A stretch of 13,479 bases of DNA from Kiritimatiellia bacterium (GTDB taxonomy: Bacteria > Verrucomicrobiota > Kiritimatiellia > JAAZAB01). Below the pieces are notes generated by a model. It had not been told where the DNA came from. It was given only the letters and a program-made list of their open reading frames with translations, and ran no database searches. Location: the NCBI GenBank assembly GCA_040767085.1, contig JAXGPF010000001.1, positions 1 to 13,479 of the forward strand, written 5' to 3'. Shown piece after piece: positions 1 to 7,849 of the stretch (position 1 is its first letter; every line of letters starts with the position of its first letter). The translations under genes were made by a program, and so were the position numbers.

Positions 1-693
1 CGCTTCATCAAGGCCAATGCGCCGGGATTCGAACGATGCTGGCTGATTGACACCGGCGCGCTGCTGGGCGTCCGGGAAAGCCGCCGGGTGGTGGGCGATT
101 ATGTTTTAACCGGGGCGGATATCGCGCGCTGGCGTCATTTTGACGACGTCGTCTGCATCAGCGGGCATGGCTATGACATTCATAATCCCGATGCGCCCGG
201 CAATATCAAGTGGATTGCGATGGAAATTGACGGACGGCAGCGTTACGTGGTCTGCAACATGGGCGGACTGGGCACCAGCATGGACCCGCCGGGCGGTAAA
301 GCGGTCTTATGCGATTGCGAAGGGCGCACCGGAGAGGCCATGCAATTCCCCGGCCCAGCCTATTATGATATTCCGTACCGCTGCCTGGTGCCGGCGCAGG
401 TGGAAAACCTGCTGGTCGCCGGACGGTGCCTTTCGGCTGATTTCGCCGCGCAGTCCGGCTGCCGGCTGATCATGGCCTGTTTGACCATGGGCGAAGCCGC
501 CGGGACGGCGGCCGCCATTTCCCTGCGGCGCAACATCGTTCCCCGCCGGGTTGACCGGTTGGAATTGCAGGAGGCTTTATTGCTCAACGGGGTCAATCTC
601 GGACAGCAGTTCAGGCAAATACCCGGCCTGGCGGCGGGAGGCCACGGCAAGTTTGACGATCATCAAAACACGACACACCTGGTGGGAGAATGA
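1..693 (+). CDS. FAD-dependent oxidoreductase (FAD_oxidored/PF12831-like), 5'-truncated by the window edge
   Basis: Frame 1 is open from base 1 (RFIKANAPGFERCWLIDTGALLGVRESRRVVGDY). It carries the family motifs GVRESRRxxGxY, DIH, YDIPYRCLVP, NLLVAGRCLS and GEAAGTAAA. Stop TGA at 691-693. Confidence 0.9.
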   Translation, partial: RFIKANAPGFERCWLIDTGALLGVRESRRVVGDYVLTGADIARWRHFDDVVCISGHGYDIHNPDAPGNIKWIAMEIDGRQRYVVCNMGGLGTSMDPPGGKAVLCDCEGRTGEAMQFPGPAYYDIPYRCLVPAQVENLLVAGRCLSADFAAQSGCRLIMACLTMGEAAGTAAAISLRRNIVPRRVDRLELQEALLLNGVNLGQQFRQIPGLAAGGHGKFDDHQNTTHLVGE

Positions 694-2174
694 AAATAAA
701 AAACCGAACCAATGTTAAAATGCTGGAGTTCAAGGTGCCCGACATCAACCGGGTGCTTGATCAATCCCCGGCGCAGCCGGCGTATGCCGCCGCGCCGCTC
801 AAACCGATCGGCGGTATCCGGCCGCGCCGCGGGGTTGACATCGCCGCTTCCCCTTGGGGGGTGGGTTTTGAAATGCTCGATCGCTTTGCATTCGATCCGG
901 AAAAAACCTACGGCCCCTTGGCCAGGCTGGGTGTCAAGTGGGCGCGCGTTCAGTCAGGCTGGAACCGCTGCGAGAAAATCAAGGGACAATATGATTTCCA
1001 GTGGCTGGATGAAGTGGTTGACAAATTGCTGAAAATAGGCGTCACCCCCTGGATGTCGGTCTCCTACGGCAACATGCTCTACACTCCCGGCGCCCGGTGG
1101 CAGGGCGTGGGAGGGGTGCCGCTGTACCAGGGCGCCGCAGTCCGGCGCGCCTGGATCAGTTACGTTCGCGCGCTGGCCGCCCATTTCAAGGGTCGGATCA
1201 AATACTGGGAAATCTGGAATGAGCCCAATACGACCGGCTACTGGCAGTTTGACGTGCAGACCCAGCCCGAGGATTACGTCGAGCTGGTGCGCATTACCGC
1301 GCGGGAGATTCGCGCCGCCCGGCGCAACGCGGTCATCATCGGCGGCGCGGTCTCCGGGTTGGACTTCGATTTCATCCCGCGCGCCATCCGGGCCGGTCTG
1401 CTGAAGTTGATCGACAAATTGTCGTTTCATCCTTACGGCCAGATTCCGGAGACGACGGCGGACGGCATCAAATGCCTGCGTAATTATCTTGACGCGCATG
1501 GCGGGCGCCACATTGGAATGTGGCAGGGTGAATGCGGGTTTGTTTCCCGCCCCGGCTTGACCATCACCAAGGCGTACCGTTCCAACGAGCATATCCAGGC
1601 CAAGTATCTGGCGCGCCGGATGCTGACGGACTTCTGCCTGGGGATGGAAGTCAGCCAGTTCTTCCATATCAGCGATTCGCACGACCGCCGCAAATCGGAC
1701 CAACCATGCCTGACTTCGGTCGGGCCGATCGGTTTGCTGGATTGTCTGAAAAATTATCGTCCCAAGCGCGCCTATTATGCCTACCAGGCCATCTGCTCGC
1801 TTTTTGATGATCATGCCGCGGTGTCCGATGCCGGATACATGGAGTTGGTGACGCCCGATTTCCGTCCCCAGGCCGGGCTGGTCGGCAGCGTGCGGCGCAT
1901 TCTCACCCGCCATGGATATTTGATGATGGCGTATTATTATCCCGAACATCCCAGCTTTGACAGCGCGCCGCAAAACACATGGCTGCGGTTTTGGGCGGAA
2001 GGCTCGATACAAAATCCGGTTTTGATTGATCCGGTTTTCAATCGCGTGTATGATTTGCCCGAGCCTGATCTGAAATCACGGGGCATCCGCCTCTGGCAGG
2101 ATTTGCCGATGATGGATTACCCGCTGCTGATTGCCGACCGGCGCGCAGTGGAGGATGTTTTGCGCAAATCATAG
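690..2174 (+). CDS. Clan GH-A glycoside hydrolase (GH39/GH5-like, often annotated beta-galactosidase or xylosidase)
   Basis: 494-aa ORF with acid/base motif WEIWNEPN, SFHPY, nucleophile-like WQGECG and YDFQWLDEVVD. ATGA overlap with the upstream stop and a GGGAG RBS. No obvious signal peptide. Confidence 0.85.
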   Translation: MKIKNRTNVKMLEFKVPDINRVLDQSPAQPAYAAAPLKPIGGIRPRRGVDIAASPWGVGFEMLDRFAFDPEKTYGPLARLGVKWARVQSGWNRCEKIKGQYDFQWLDEVVDKLLKIGVTPWMSVSYGNMLYTPGARWQGVGGVPLYQGAAVRRAWISYVRALAAHFKGRIKYWEIWNEPNTTGYWQFDVQTQPEDYVELVRITAREIRAARRNAVIIGGAVSGLDFDFIPRAIRAGLLKLIDKLSFHPYGQIPETTADGIKCLRNYLDAHGGRHIGMWQGECGFVSRPGLTITKAYRSNEHIQAKYLARRMLTDFCLGMEVSQFFHISDSHDRRKSDQPCLTSVGPIGLLDCLKNYRPKRAYYAYQAICSLFDDHAAVSDAGYMELVTPDFRPQAGLVGSVRRILTRHGYLMMAYYYPEHPSFDSAPQNTWLRFWAEGSIQNPVLIDPVFNRVYDLPEPDLKSRGIRLWQDLPMMDYPLLIADRRAVEDVLRKS

Positions 2175-2188
2175 CCAAGGGAGGGCAT

Positions 2189-3649
2189 ATGCGGACAACA
2201 TGGCGATGGGGATGGATGATGTGGTTGTTTCTGGCGGCATGGCATAATGCATCGGCGCAGACTTGCTACGTCTCGTCGGCCGGCGCGCATACGCCGCCGT
2301 ACGCTTCCTGGGGGGCCGCCGCCCACGACATCCAGACCGCGGTAGATACGGCGGCGGCCAACAACTGGCCTTGCGTGCTGGTCGCCACGGGATTATACAC
2401 GGTGTCGGCGAATGTCGTCGTATCCGATCCGCTCGTCCTGCGCAGTTGGAACCAGTCCCTGGCCGGCGAGGATCGCGCCAACACCATCATTGCCGGCGAC
2501 GGCAACTGCGCGGTTCTGTATGTCAATCACTCCAACGCCCTGGTATCCGGCTTCACGATTACCAACGGCAACGGGGTGGGGGGCGGCAACAGCCAGAATG
2601 GCGGCGGCGTGGAGATGAACGGCGGTATCCTGTCCAATTGCGTGGTGGCCGGCAACCGCGTTTCCAACCGCGGCGGCGGCGTGTATCTGACTAACCAGGC
2701 CAGCGTTCTGCACAGCCTGGTGTGTTTTAATGCCGTCACCGGCACGACTTCCGCCTACGACGGCGGTGGACTTTGGGTGAACGATGGGACGGTATCGGGC
2801 GTGCAGGTGATCAGCAACTCCGCCGGGCGTTACGGCGGCGGCATTTGTTGCAATTATCCCGTGATCTTGGAAGGCTGCGAAGTTGCCGGAAATTATTCGA
2901 AAGATGGTGGCGGCGTTTACATGTCCACCGCCGCCAATGTCATTTTGAACGGTAGTCGGATATATAAAAATGTTGCCACTAATAATGGCGGCGGCGTATT
3001 TGTGTATATGACTCCGACGGCAACAGGATTGGTGCATAATTGCCTGGTCAGCAACAATGTTGCGGGGGTTTACGGCGGGGGGCTTTACGGCGGAATAATT
3101 TCCAACTGCGTTGTTGTGGATAATTTGGCGTCGAACGATGGAACCGCCATTATGAATGCGCGCGAAATGGCCAGCGATTTGATCTTTAATAACCGCTGCG
3201 TCAGCGCCGCTCAATACGCCCTTAATATAAACGCTGCCTCTTGGAAGACGAAGGTTGACAATTGCACCATTGTTTCCAACGCTTGCGGCGGCATGTATCT
3301 TCGTAAAGAAGTGGGGGTGCGCAACACGATCGTATATTATAATATGGGGAATAATTGGGGTTTTCATGCAGAGCCCGGCCTGAGCCTGACCAATTGCTGC
3401 ACCTATCCGGCCATCACCACCAACGGCGCGGCCACCTGCATCACCAATGAACCTCTGTTTGCCGGACTCGCGGATGGCAATTTCCGGCTGCAGCCCGGAT
3501 CGCCCTGCGTCAATGCCGGCTGGACCGCCCCGGAAATGCATTCGGCGTTGGATCTGGACGGGTATTCCCGGGTTGACCGGTTTTCCCGCCGGGTGGACAT
3601 GGGGTGTTACGAATTTATCCCCGCGGGATGGCTTTTTAACGTGCGTTGA
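2189..3649 (+). CDS. Secreted right-handed parallel beta-helix protein with a choice-of-anchor-Q-like C-terminus
   Basis: Signal peptide ending ASA-Q, N-terminal YVS...PPYASWxxAAxDIQxAVD, repeated GGG(V/I/L) and N-rich beta-helix coils, and C-terminal FRLQPGSPCVNAG...DLDG..R....VDMGCYE. RBS AGGGAGG upstream. Confidence 0.88.
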   Translation: MRTTWRWGWMMWLFLAAWHNASAQTCYVSSAGAHTPPYASWGAAAHDIQTAVDTAAANNWPCVLVATGLYTVSANVVVSDPLVLRSWNQSLAGEDRANTIIAGDGNCAVLYVNHSNALVSGFTITNGNGVGGGNSQNGGGVEMNGGILSNCVVAGNRVSNRGGGVYLTNQASVLHSLVCFNAVTGTTSAYDGGGLWVNDGTVSGVQVISNSAGRYGGGICCNYPVILEGCEVAGNYSKDGGGVYMSTAANVILNGSRIYKNVATNNGGGVFVYMTPTATGLVHNCLVSNNVAGVYGGGLYGGIISNCVVVDNLASNDGTAIMNAREMASDLIFNNRCVSAAQYALNINAASWKTKVDNCTIVSNACGGMYLRKEVGVRNTIVYYNMGNNWGFHAEPGLSLTNCCTYPAITTNGAATCITNEPLFAGLADGNFRLQPGSPCVNAGWTAPEMHSALDLDGYSRVDRFSRRVDMGCYEFIPAGWLFNVR

Positions 3650-3670
3650 TCCGCCGAAGCTGACGGCGGA
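3650..3670. repeat. Short GC-rich palindrome TCCGCCG-aagctga-CGGCGGA (REP-like or terminator-like hairpin)
   Basis: 7-bp perfect stem with a 7-nt loop immediately after the stop of the beta-helix gene. No long U-tract follows. Confidence 0.55.
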
Positions 3671-3673
3671 CGC

Positions 3674-3702
3674 TTGACTTGTCGGCCTGATTTCAATAAT
3701 CT
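3674..3702 (+). promoter_or_regulatory. Putative sigma70 promoter for the DksA/TraR gene
   Basis: TTGACT (3674-3679), 17-bp spacer, TAATCT (3697-3702), about 50 bp upstream of ATG 3756. Confidence 0.6.
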
Positions 3703-3755
3703 TCCAGCCAAGGTTAACCATGACCTTGCCGGGAAGCGGATGCGGGGGATGTGAT

Positions 3756-3962
3756 ATGGCGGTCGGCTGGGCGCAGGATGGAGCGGTGCATGACCAGGTG
3801 GACGCGACGGTGGCGTCCCTGGTGGAACGCGCGCAAACCAGTCTGCCGGAAGGCGAAAGCCTGGCGCAATGCGCCCAATGCGGCGGCGAGATTCCCCGGG
3901 AGCGCCGGCAAGCTTTGCCGGGCGTGCGTTATTGCGTGCGCTGCCAGGCCGAACTGGAATAA
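3756..3962 (+). CDS. ybiI: DksA/TraR family C4-type zinc finger protein (YbiI-like)
   Basis: MAVGWAQDGAVHDQVDATV...GESLAQCAQCGGEIPRERRQALPGVRYCVRCQ matches the YbiI pattern (MAxGWAxDxAV, CxxC...IPxxRRxAxPGVxxCxxCQ). Start placed at ATG 3756 after a GGGGGA RBS instead of 3720. Confidence 0.88.
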   Translation: MAVGWAQDGAVHDQVDATVASLVERAQTSLPEGESLAQCAQCGGEIPRERRQALPGVRYCVRCQAELE

Positions 3963-3974
3963 AAGCAATCAACA

Positions 3975-4095
3975 GAGCCAATTTCAAAAGTCCGCACAGA
4001 ACGGTTAGGGTGTAACCCAACCCTCCAAAAGCCTGTGGTTTATGTGTTCTTGGAAGGCCGGCTTTCACGCCGGCCAAGTCTTTTGAAATTGGCTC
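3975..4095. mobile_element. 121-bp MITE-like non-autonomous element
   Basis: Perfect 16-bp terminal inverted repeats GAGCCAATTTCAAAAG (3975-3990) and CTTTTGAAATTGGCTC (4080-4095), flanked by a 4-bp direct repeat AACA (3971-3974 and 4096-4099). Internal hairpins at 4003-4022 and 4056-4075. Confidence 0.8.
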
Positions 4096-4104
4096 AACAA
4101 TCCT

Positions 4105-6015
4105 ATGAAAAAAAATACAATCGCTGTCATGCAACGTGCGCAGACATTATGGATTGCCGGAATCCTCTGCTGCGGCGTCCGGGCGCCGGCTGAAACGCCG
4201 GCCGGGCTGGTGAGCAACGCGGTCAGCCAGGTGCGGCTGAACCTGGAATCCGCGCTGGAGAAAACGGTCCCGTCCCTCAGCCTGATGATGCAGACATCCA
4301 ACGGGACTTATTTCGCGTCCGCCGCGGCCACCCCGGCCCAGGCGCTCACCCCGGACACATATTTCCGGTTCGCCAGCAATACCAAGAATTTTACCGCCGC
4401 GGCAGTGCTGCATCTCCACCAGCGGGGCTGGCTTGATATCAACGATAAAATCGGCGATGCGATCCCAGGATATGATGCGCCCTACGTGCCGGCCAATTCC
4501 AACTGGAACATTCCGAACAAGCATGCGATCACGATCAGGCAATTGCTTGGCCACAGCGCCGGTGTTTACGATGTGGACAACGATGAGGTCCCGGGCTGCG
4601 GCGGCACGAGTTATACCGGCTATCGCATATCGCTGGACCCGGCCCACCAGTTCACGGTCGAGGAAATGGTAGCGCAGGCCGCGCTCCATCAGCTTTCGTA
4701 TTTCAAGCCCGACGAAGGCTATCATTACAGCAACACGGGATATGCCATGCTGAGCGAAATCATCGGCCGGGTATATTCGGCCCGCAGCGGCGTGTCCAAA
4801 ACCTGTTCCGATTACCTGCAGGACCATGTTATCGGCAGCAATGCGCCGGTATCCCTGCCCGAAATACATTTCCCGAATTTGGCTTCCGACACGGCCTTGC
4901 CGGATCCGTTCGTGCCCGGGATCACGTATCTGCCCAGCAACCAGGTGGAGATTGTTTCCAACGTCAATCTCAGCGCGCAGGTCGGCGAAGGCAACGGCTA
5001 TGGGACTCTGCGCGCGCTCAACCGGTATATCCGGACCATGATGAAGGGCGAAAATGTTCTGAATATGCAAATGGTCCGCCTCATGCAGACCAACACGGCG
5101 CCGCACAACGCCAATTACGGATTTGGCTGTTTGTTTACACCGGATGTGGGATACGGCCATAACGGTTCCCGTGTGGGCTATTTGTCCCTGATGGCCTATA
5201 ATCCCGACCGGGACATTTCCACCGTGGTCTGCCTGCCGATGCAGGACTGGTCGCGGGAGATGGAAAGCTTCCTGAAATGCTTCAATGCGCTCTACGAGGC
5301 GGCCAATGCCGCCGCCGCCGCGCTGGGATACCAGGCGACCCCGGTCTTAACTCCCGGCGCCGCCACCAACATCAACCTGACCGCCAATATCGAACAGCCA
5401 TTCTTTTTCATGGCTACGACCGGAGTCTATTACACTGTCACCTTCCCGGACGTTCCGGAAAATGCATTGCTGGGGCTGGCGCCGGCGGCCAATCCGGCCG
5501 CCCGCCGCTGGAGCATCAATACGCTGGAATGGGTCTGTCCCGCGCCGGGAACCTATAAAATATCCGCCGTGTCAACTTCCGCGATTTCCGGCCGGCTGCA
5601 ACTCACGGCCCGGACTTATGCCGGACCGCTGATCACCGCCAATGGCCTGGCCGGCAACGGGATTTTACTGGACGGCGCCGACCGCCTGACCCTTGCCGCC
5701 CAGGTGCTGCACATGGATGATTACATCGGCGTGTCCGTGGATTGGTGGATCGCCGCTTGGGCCCGCGATGCCGGCGCCTGGTATTATTTCGGCCCAGACC
5801 GGGTCTGGAGGCAATTTGACGGCAACACGGCCAATTGCCGGCCCGTCTTTCAGGGCGCCGTCAATAATCTCGCGCCAGTCGCCGTGGCGCAGGATTTGCC
5901 GCTCCCTCCCGGAGTTTACCAGGCCTGGTTCGCATTGGATTACCCGATGGATGGCATCCTCAACCTGGACGGAACCATCGTGATGTCAAGTGCGACTGTC
6001 ATCGTCCAGCCTTGA
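4105..6015 (+). CDS. Serine hydrolase (class C beta-lactamase / D-Ala-D-Ala carboxypeptidase fold) with extra C-terminal beta-rich domains
   Basis: SxxK (FRFASNTK), ITIRQLLGHSAG, YxN (YHYSNTGY) and HxG (GHNG) motifs. Probable N-terminal signal peptide and about 225 additional C-terminal residues. Confidence 0.9.
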   Translation: MKKNTIAVMQRAQTLWIAGILCCGVRAPAETPAGLVSNAVSQVRLNLESALEKTVPSLSLMMQTSNGTYFASAAATPAQALTPDTYFRFASNTKNFTAAAVLHLHQRGWLDINDKIGDAIPGYDAPYVPANSNWNIPNKHAITIRQLLGHSAGVYDVDNDEVPGCGGTSYTGYRISLDPAHQFTVEEMVAQAALHQLSYFKPDEGYHYSNTGYAMLSEIIGRVYSARSGVSKTCSDYLQDHVIGSNAPVSLPEIHFPNLASDTALPDPFVPGITYLPSNQVEIVSNVNLSAQVGEGNGYGTLRALNRYIRTMMKGENVLNMQMVRLMQTNTAPHNANYGFGCLFTPDVGYGHNGSRVGYLSLMAYNPDRDISTVVCLPMQDWSREMESFLKCFNALYEAANAAAAALGYQATPVLTPGAATNINLTANIEQPFFFMATTGVYYTVTFPDVPENALLGLAPAANPAARRWSINTLEWVCPAPGTYKISAVSTSAISGRLQLTARTYAGPLITANGLAGNGILLDGADRLTLAAQVLHMDDYIGVSVDWWIAAWARDAGAWYYFGPDRVWRQFDGNTANCRPVFQGAVNNLAPVAVAQDLPLPPGVYQAWFALDYPMDGILNLDGTIVMSSATVIVQP

Positions 6016-6049
6016 CCCGCGCCGGGTCATCACGCGGCAATCAGCCGCG
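6013..6049. terminator. Two adjacent GC hairpins between convergent genes (possible bidirectional terminator)
   Basis: TGACCCG-cgc-CGGGTCA (6013-6029) overlaps the serine hydrolase stop. CGCGGC-aatca-GCCGCG (6033-6049) overlaps the GH29 stop. Neither has a U-tract. Confidence 0.35.
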
Positions 6050-7849
6050 GATGCTTATCAGCCGCAATTCCTTGATTTCCGCAAATGCCCGGTCGATCCC
6101 GTCAATCCCGGCAATCCGCGCGGGCTGCAAGATTACCGTGGTCCGCCCCCGCGGCAGCCGCAAGCGTCCGAGATTTTGCCGGTAAAACCTGAAACGGGTC
6201 AAGGGGGACGGCACGCGGCCGGTGACCACCGGCAATTGCCCGGCGTCGGCGATCAGCGGCGAGGGTTTGACTATCCCCTGCAATTCCCGGCCCGCGGCTT
6301 TAACCCGGTACACGCTGCCCGCCCGGCTCGGATCGCAGCGAATGACGACCTGCACCTTGTAATTGCCGGCTTTTGCGCAATGGATCTTCCATGCCGCCGC
6401 CTGCTCCGGCCGGGTCCAGTTTTCGAACACCTTGTACGATTCCCGGGCGGCAAACCGCGTTTCGTCAGCGTATTCCTCCACCACGCGGATCAGGTTGCCC
6501 TTACGGCTCCGGCCGGACACGGCGGCCGCCTCCGGCCGCAGCGCGGCCGATTGTCCGGCGCGCAGTCGAATGGGCAGAATGGCTCTGGTTTGACGCCGCG
6601 GCGGGGGCGGCACGCGGGAGTAAGTCAAAACAACCACATTGCAGCCCGGCTGGGGAGGTACGGCCGGCAATCCGTCAATAGCCAATCCGCCCTCCGTGAT
6701 CCGGGCGGAAAGTTTCGCGCGCGCGCCGCGTAATTCCATCCTGGCGGGCAAGGCGGAATAATTCGTGATCAGGAACCGCGACATGGCCGGCCAGGCGGGC
6801 AGGAACACATGCACCGTCTTGCCCTTGCGCGCCGCGTAAAGCTCGGCGGCGAAATATTTGCCCAGCCGGATTTGCCCCCGCTGTGATTCCAGCGGAAAAA
6901 AGTCCGTTCCGTAAATTGACGCGGCATTGGTTTTTACCCATTGTCCCGCCTGGCGCAGGAGGCGCAGCCGGTCGGCCGGCAAGGTGCCGTCCGCCTTCGG
7001 GCCGATGTTGAGCAGGAAATTCCCGCCATGGCCGACGCAATGCGCGATGGACCGGATCAGGTATTCCAGCGAAAACAGGGGGCAATCCCGGACGTAGCCC
7101 CATTCCATCCCCAGCGCCTGGCAGCACTCGTACAGGCAGCCGCTGAGATCGCCGGGCAAGTCGCGTTCGGGCGTAAAATAATCGCCATAGCCGTTGCGGT
7201 CGTTGATCGCGGCTTCGGGCTGAAGTTTTTTGATCATCCGGTAGATTTGCGCCGGGGGCGGATCCCCCGGCAAATCCGGGCCGTAGGCGTCAAACCAGAT
7301 GCCGCTTACCTTCCCGTAATTAGTGCACAACTCCTTCAGTTGTCCCGTGAAATACTCCAGATAGCCCGGCCAATCCGGTGTCTGGTCCGGCAGCGGCTCC
7401 TTGAGGCTGTAGCGCACCCGGGGATCATTGACGAACTTGCGATGGTGCCAGTCCGCGCGGGAATAATAAAAACAGATACGGATGCCGCGCCGGTGGCAGG
7501 CCTCCGCCAACTCGCCGATCAGGTCGCGGCCGAAAGGTGTGTTGGTGATCTTGTAGTCTGTCAGCCGGCTGTCAAACATGCAGAATCCGTCCAGGTGTTT
7601 GGCCGTGATGGTAATGTAGCGGGCGCCGAGCAGCTCGGCGGCATCCACCCAGTCGTCGGCCTTGAACTTGCGCGGATTGAATCCGGCCGCCATGTTTTCA
7701 TATTGCCGCCGCGGAATACTGGCGTTGCGCTGGATTTGTTCGCCGCGGGCGAGGATGGCGTAAGGCCCGAAATGGACAAACATCCCCAGGCGCGCCTGTT
7801 TGAACCAGCTCAAATTCGGATCCGGCGGTTTTCTGATCAAGCCATGCAT
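6041..7849 (-). CDS. GH29 alpha-L-fucosidase-like glycoside hydrolase with C-terminal beta-sandwich/CBM-like domain(s)
   Basis: Motifs WFKQARLGMFVHFG, FNPRKFKADDW, TAKHLDGFCMFDS, GIWFD (nucleophile), INDR and GGNFLLNIGPKADG. Start placed at ATG 7849, which has an AAGGA RBS, rather than TTG 7876. Confidence 0.92.
   Translation of the reverse strand: MHGLIRKPPDPNLSWFKQARLGMFVHFGPYAILARGEQIQRNASIPRRQYENMAAGFNPRKFKADDWVDAAELLGARYITITAKHLDGFCMFDSRLTDYKITNTPFGRDLIGELAEACHRRGIRICFYYSRADWHHRKFVNDPRVRYSLKEPLPDQTPDWPGYLEYFTGQLKELCTNYGKVSGIWFDAYGPDLPGDPPPAQIYRMIKKLQPEAAINDRNGYGDYFTPERDLPGDLSGCLYECCQALGMEWGYVRDCPLFSLEYLIRSIAHCVGHGGNFLLNIGPKADGTLPADRLRLLRQAGQWVKTNAASIYGTDFFPLESQRGQIRLGKYFAAELYAARKGKTVHVFLPAWPAMSRFLITNYSALPARMELRGARAKLSARITEGGLAIDGLPAVPPQPGCNVVVLTYSRVPPPPRRQTRAILPIRLRAGQSAALRPEAAAVSGRSRKGNLIRVVEEYADETRFAARESYKVFENWTRPEQAAAWKIHCAKAGNYKVQVVIRCDPSRAGSVYRVKAAGRELQGIVKPSPLIADAGQLPVVTGRVPSPLTRFRFYRQNLGRLRLPRGRTTVILQPARIAGIDGIDRAFAEIKELRLISIRG

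Noticed and set aside
2189..3649. Diversity-generating retroelement target (Asn/AAC-rich gene)
   Set aside because: There is no template/variable repeat pair and no reverse transcriptase in the window. Asn richness is normal for beta-helices.
954..5160. Long antisense ORFs 954-2012, 2393-3721 and 4147-5160
   Set aside because: They are shadow ORFs opposite clearly recognizable genes in GC-rich DNA and show no protein motifs.
4105..6015. True antibiotic-resistance beta-lactamase
   Set aside because: The HNG triad instead of KTG and the extra domains fit the broad esterase/peptidase serine hydrolase group. Nothing here supports a resistance function.
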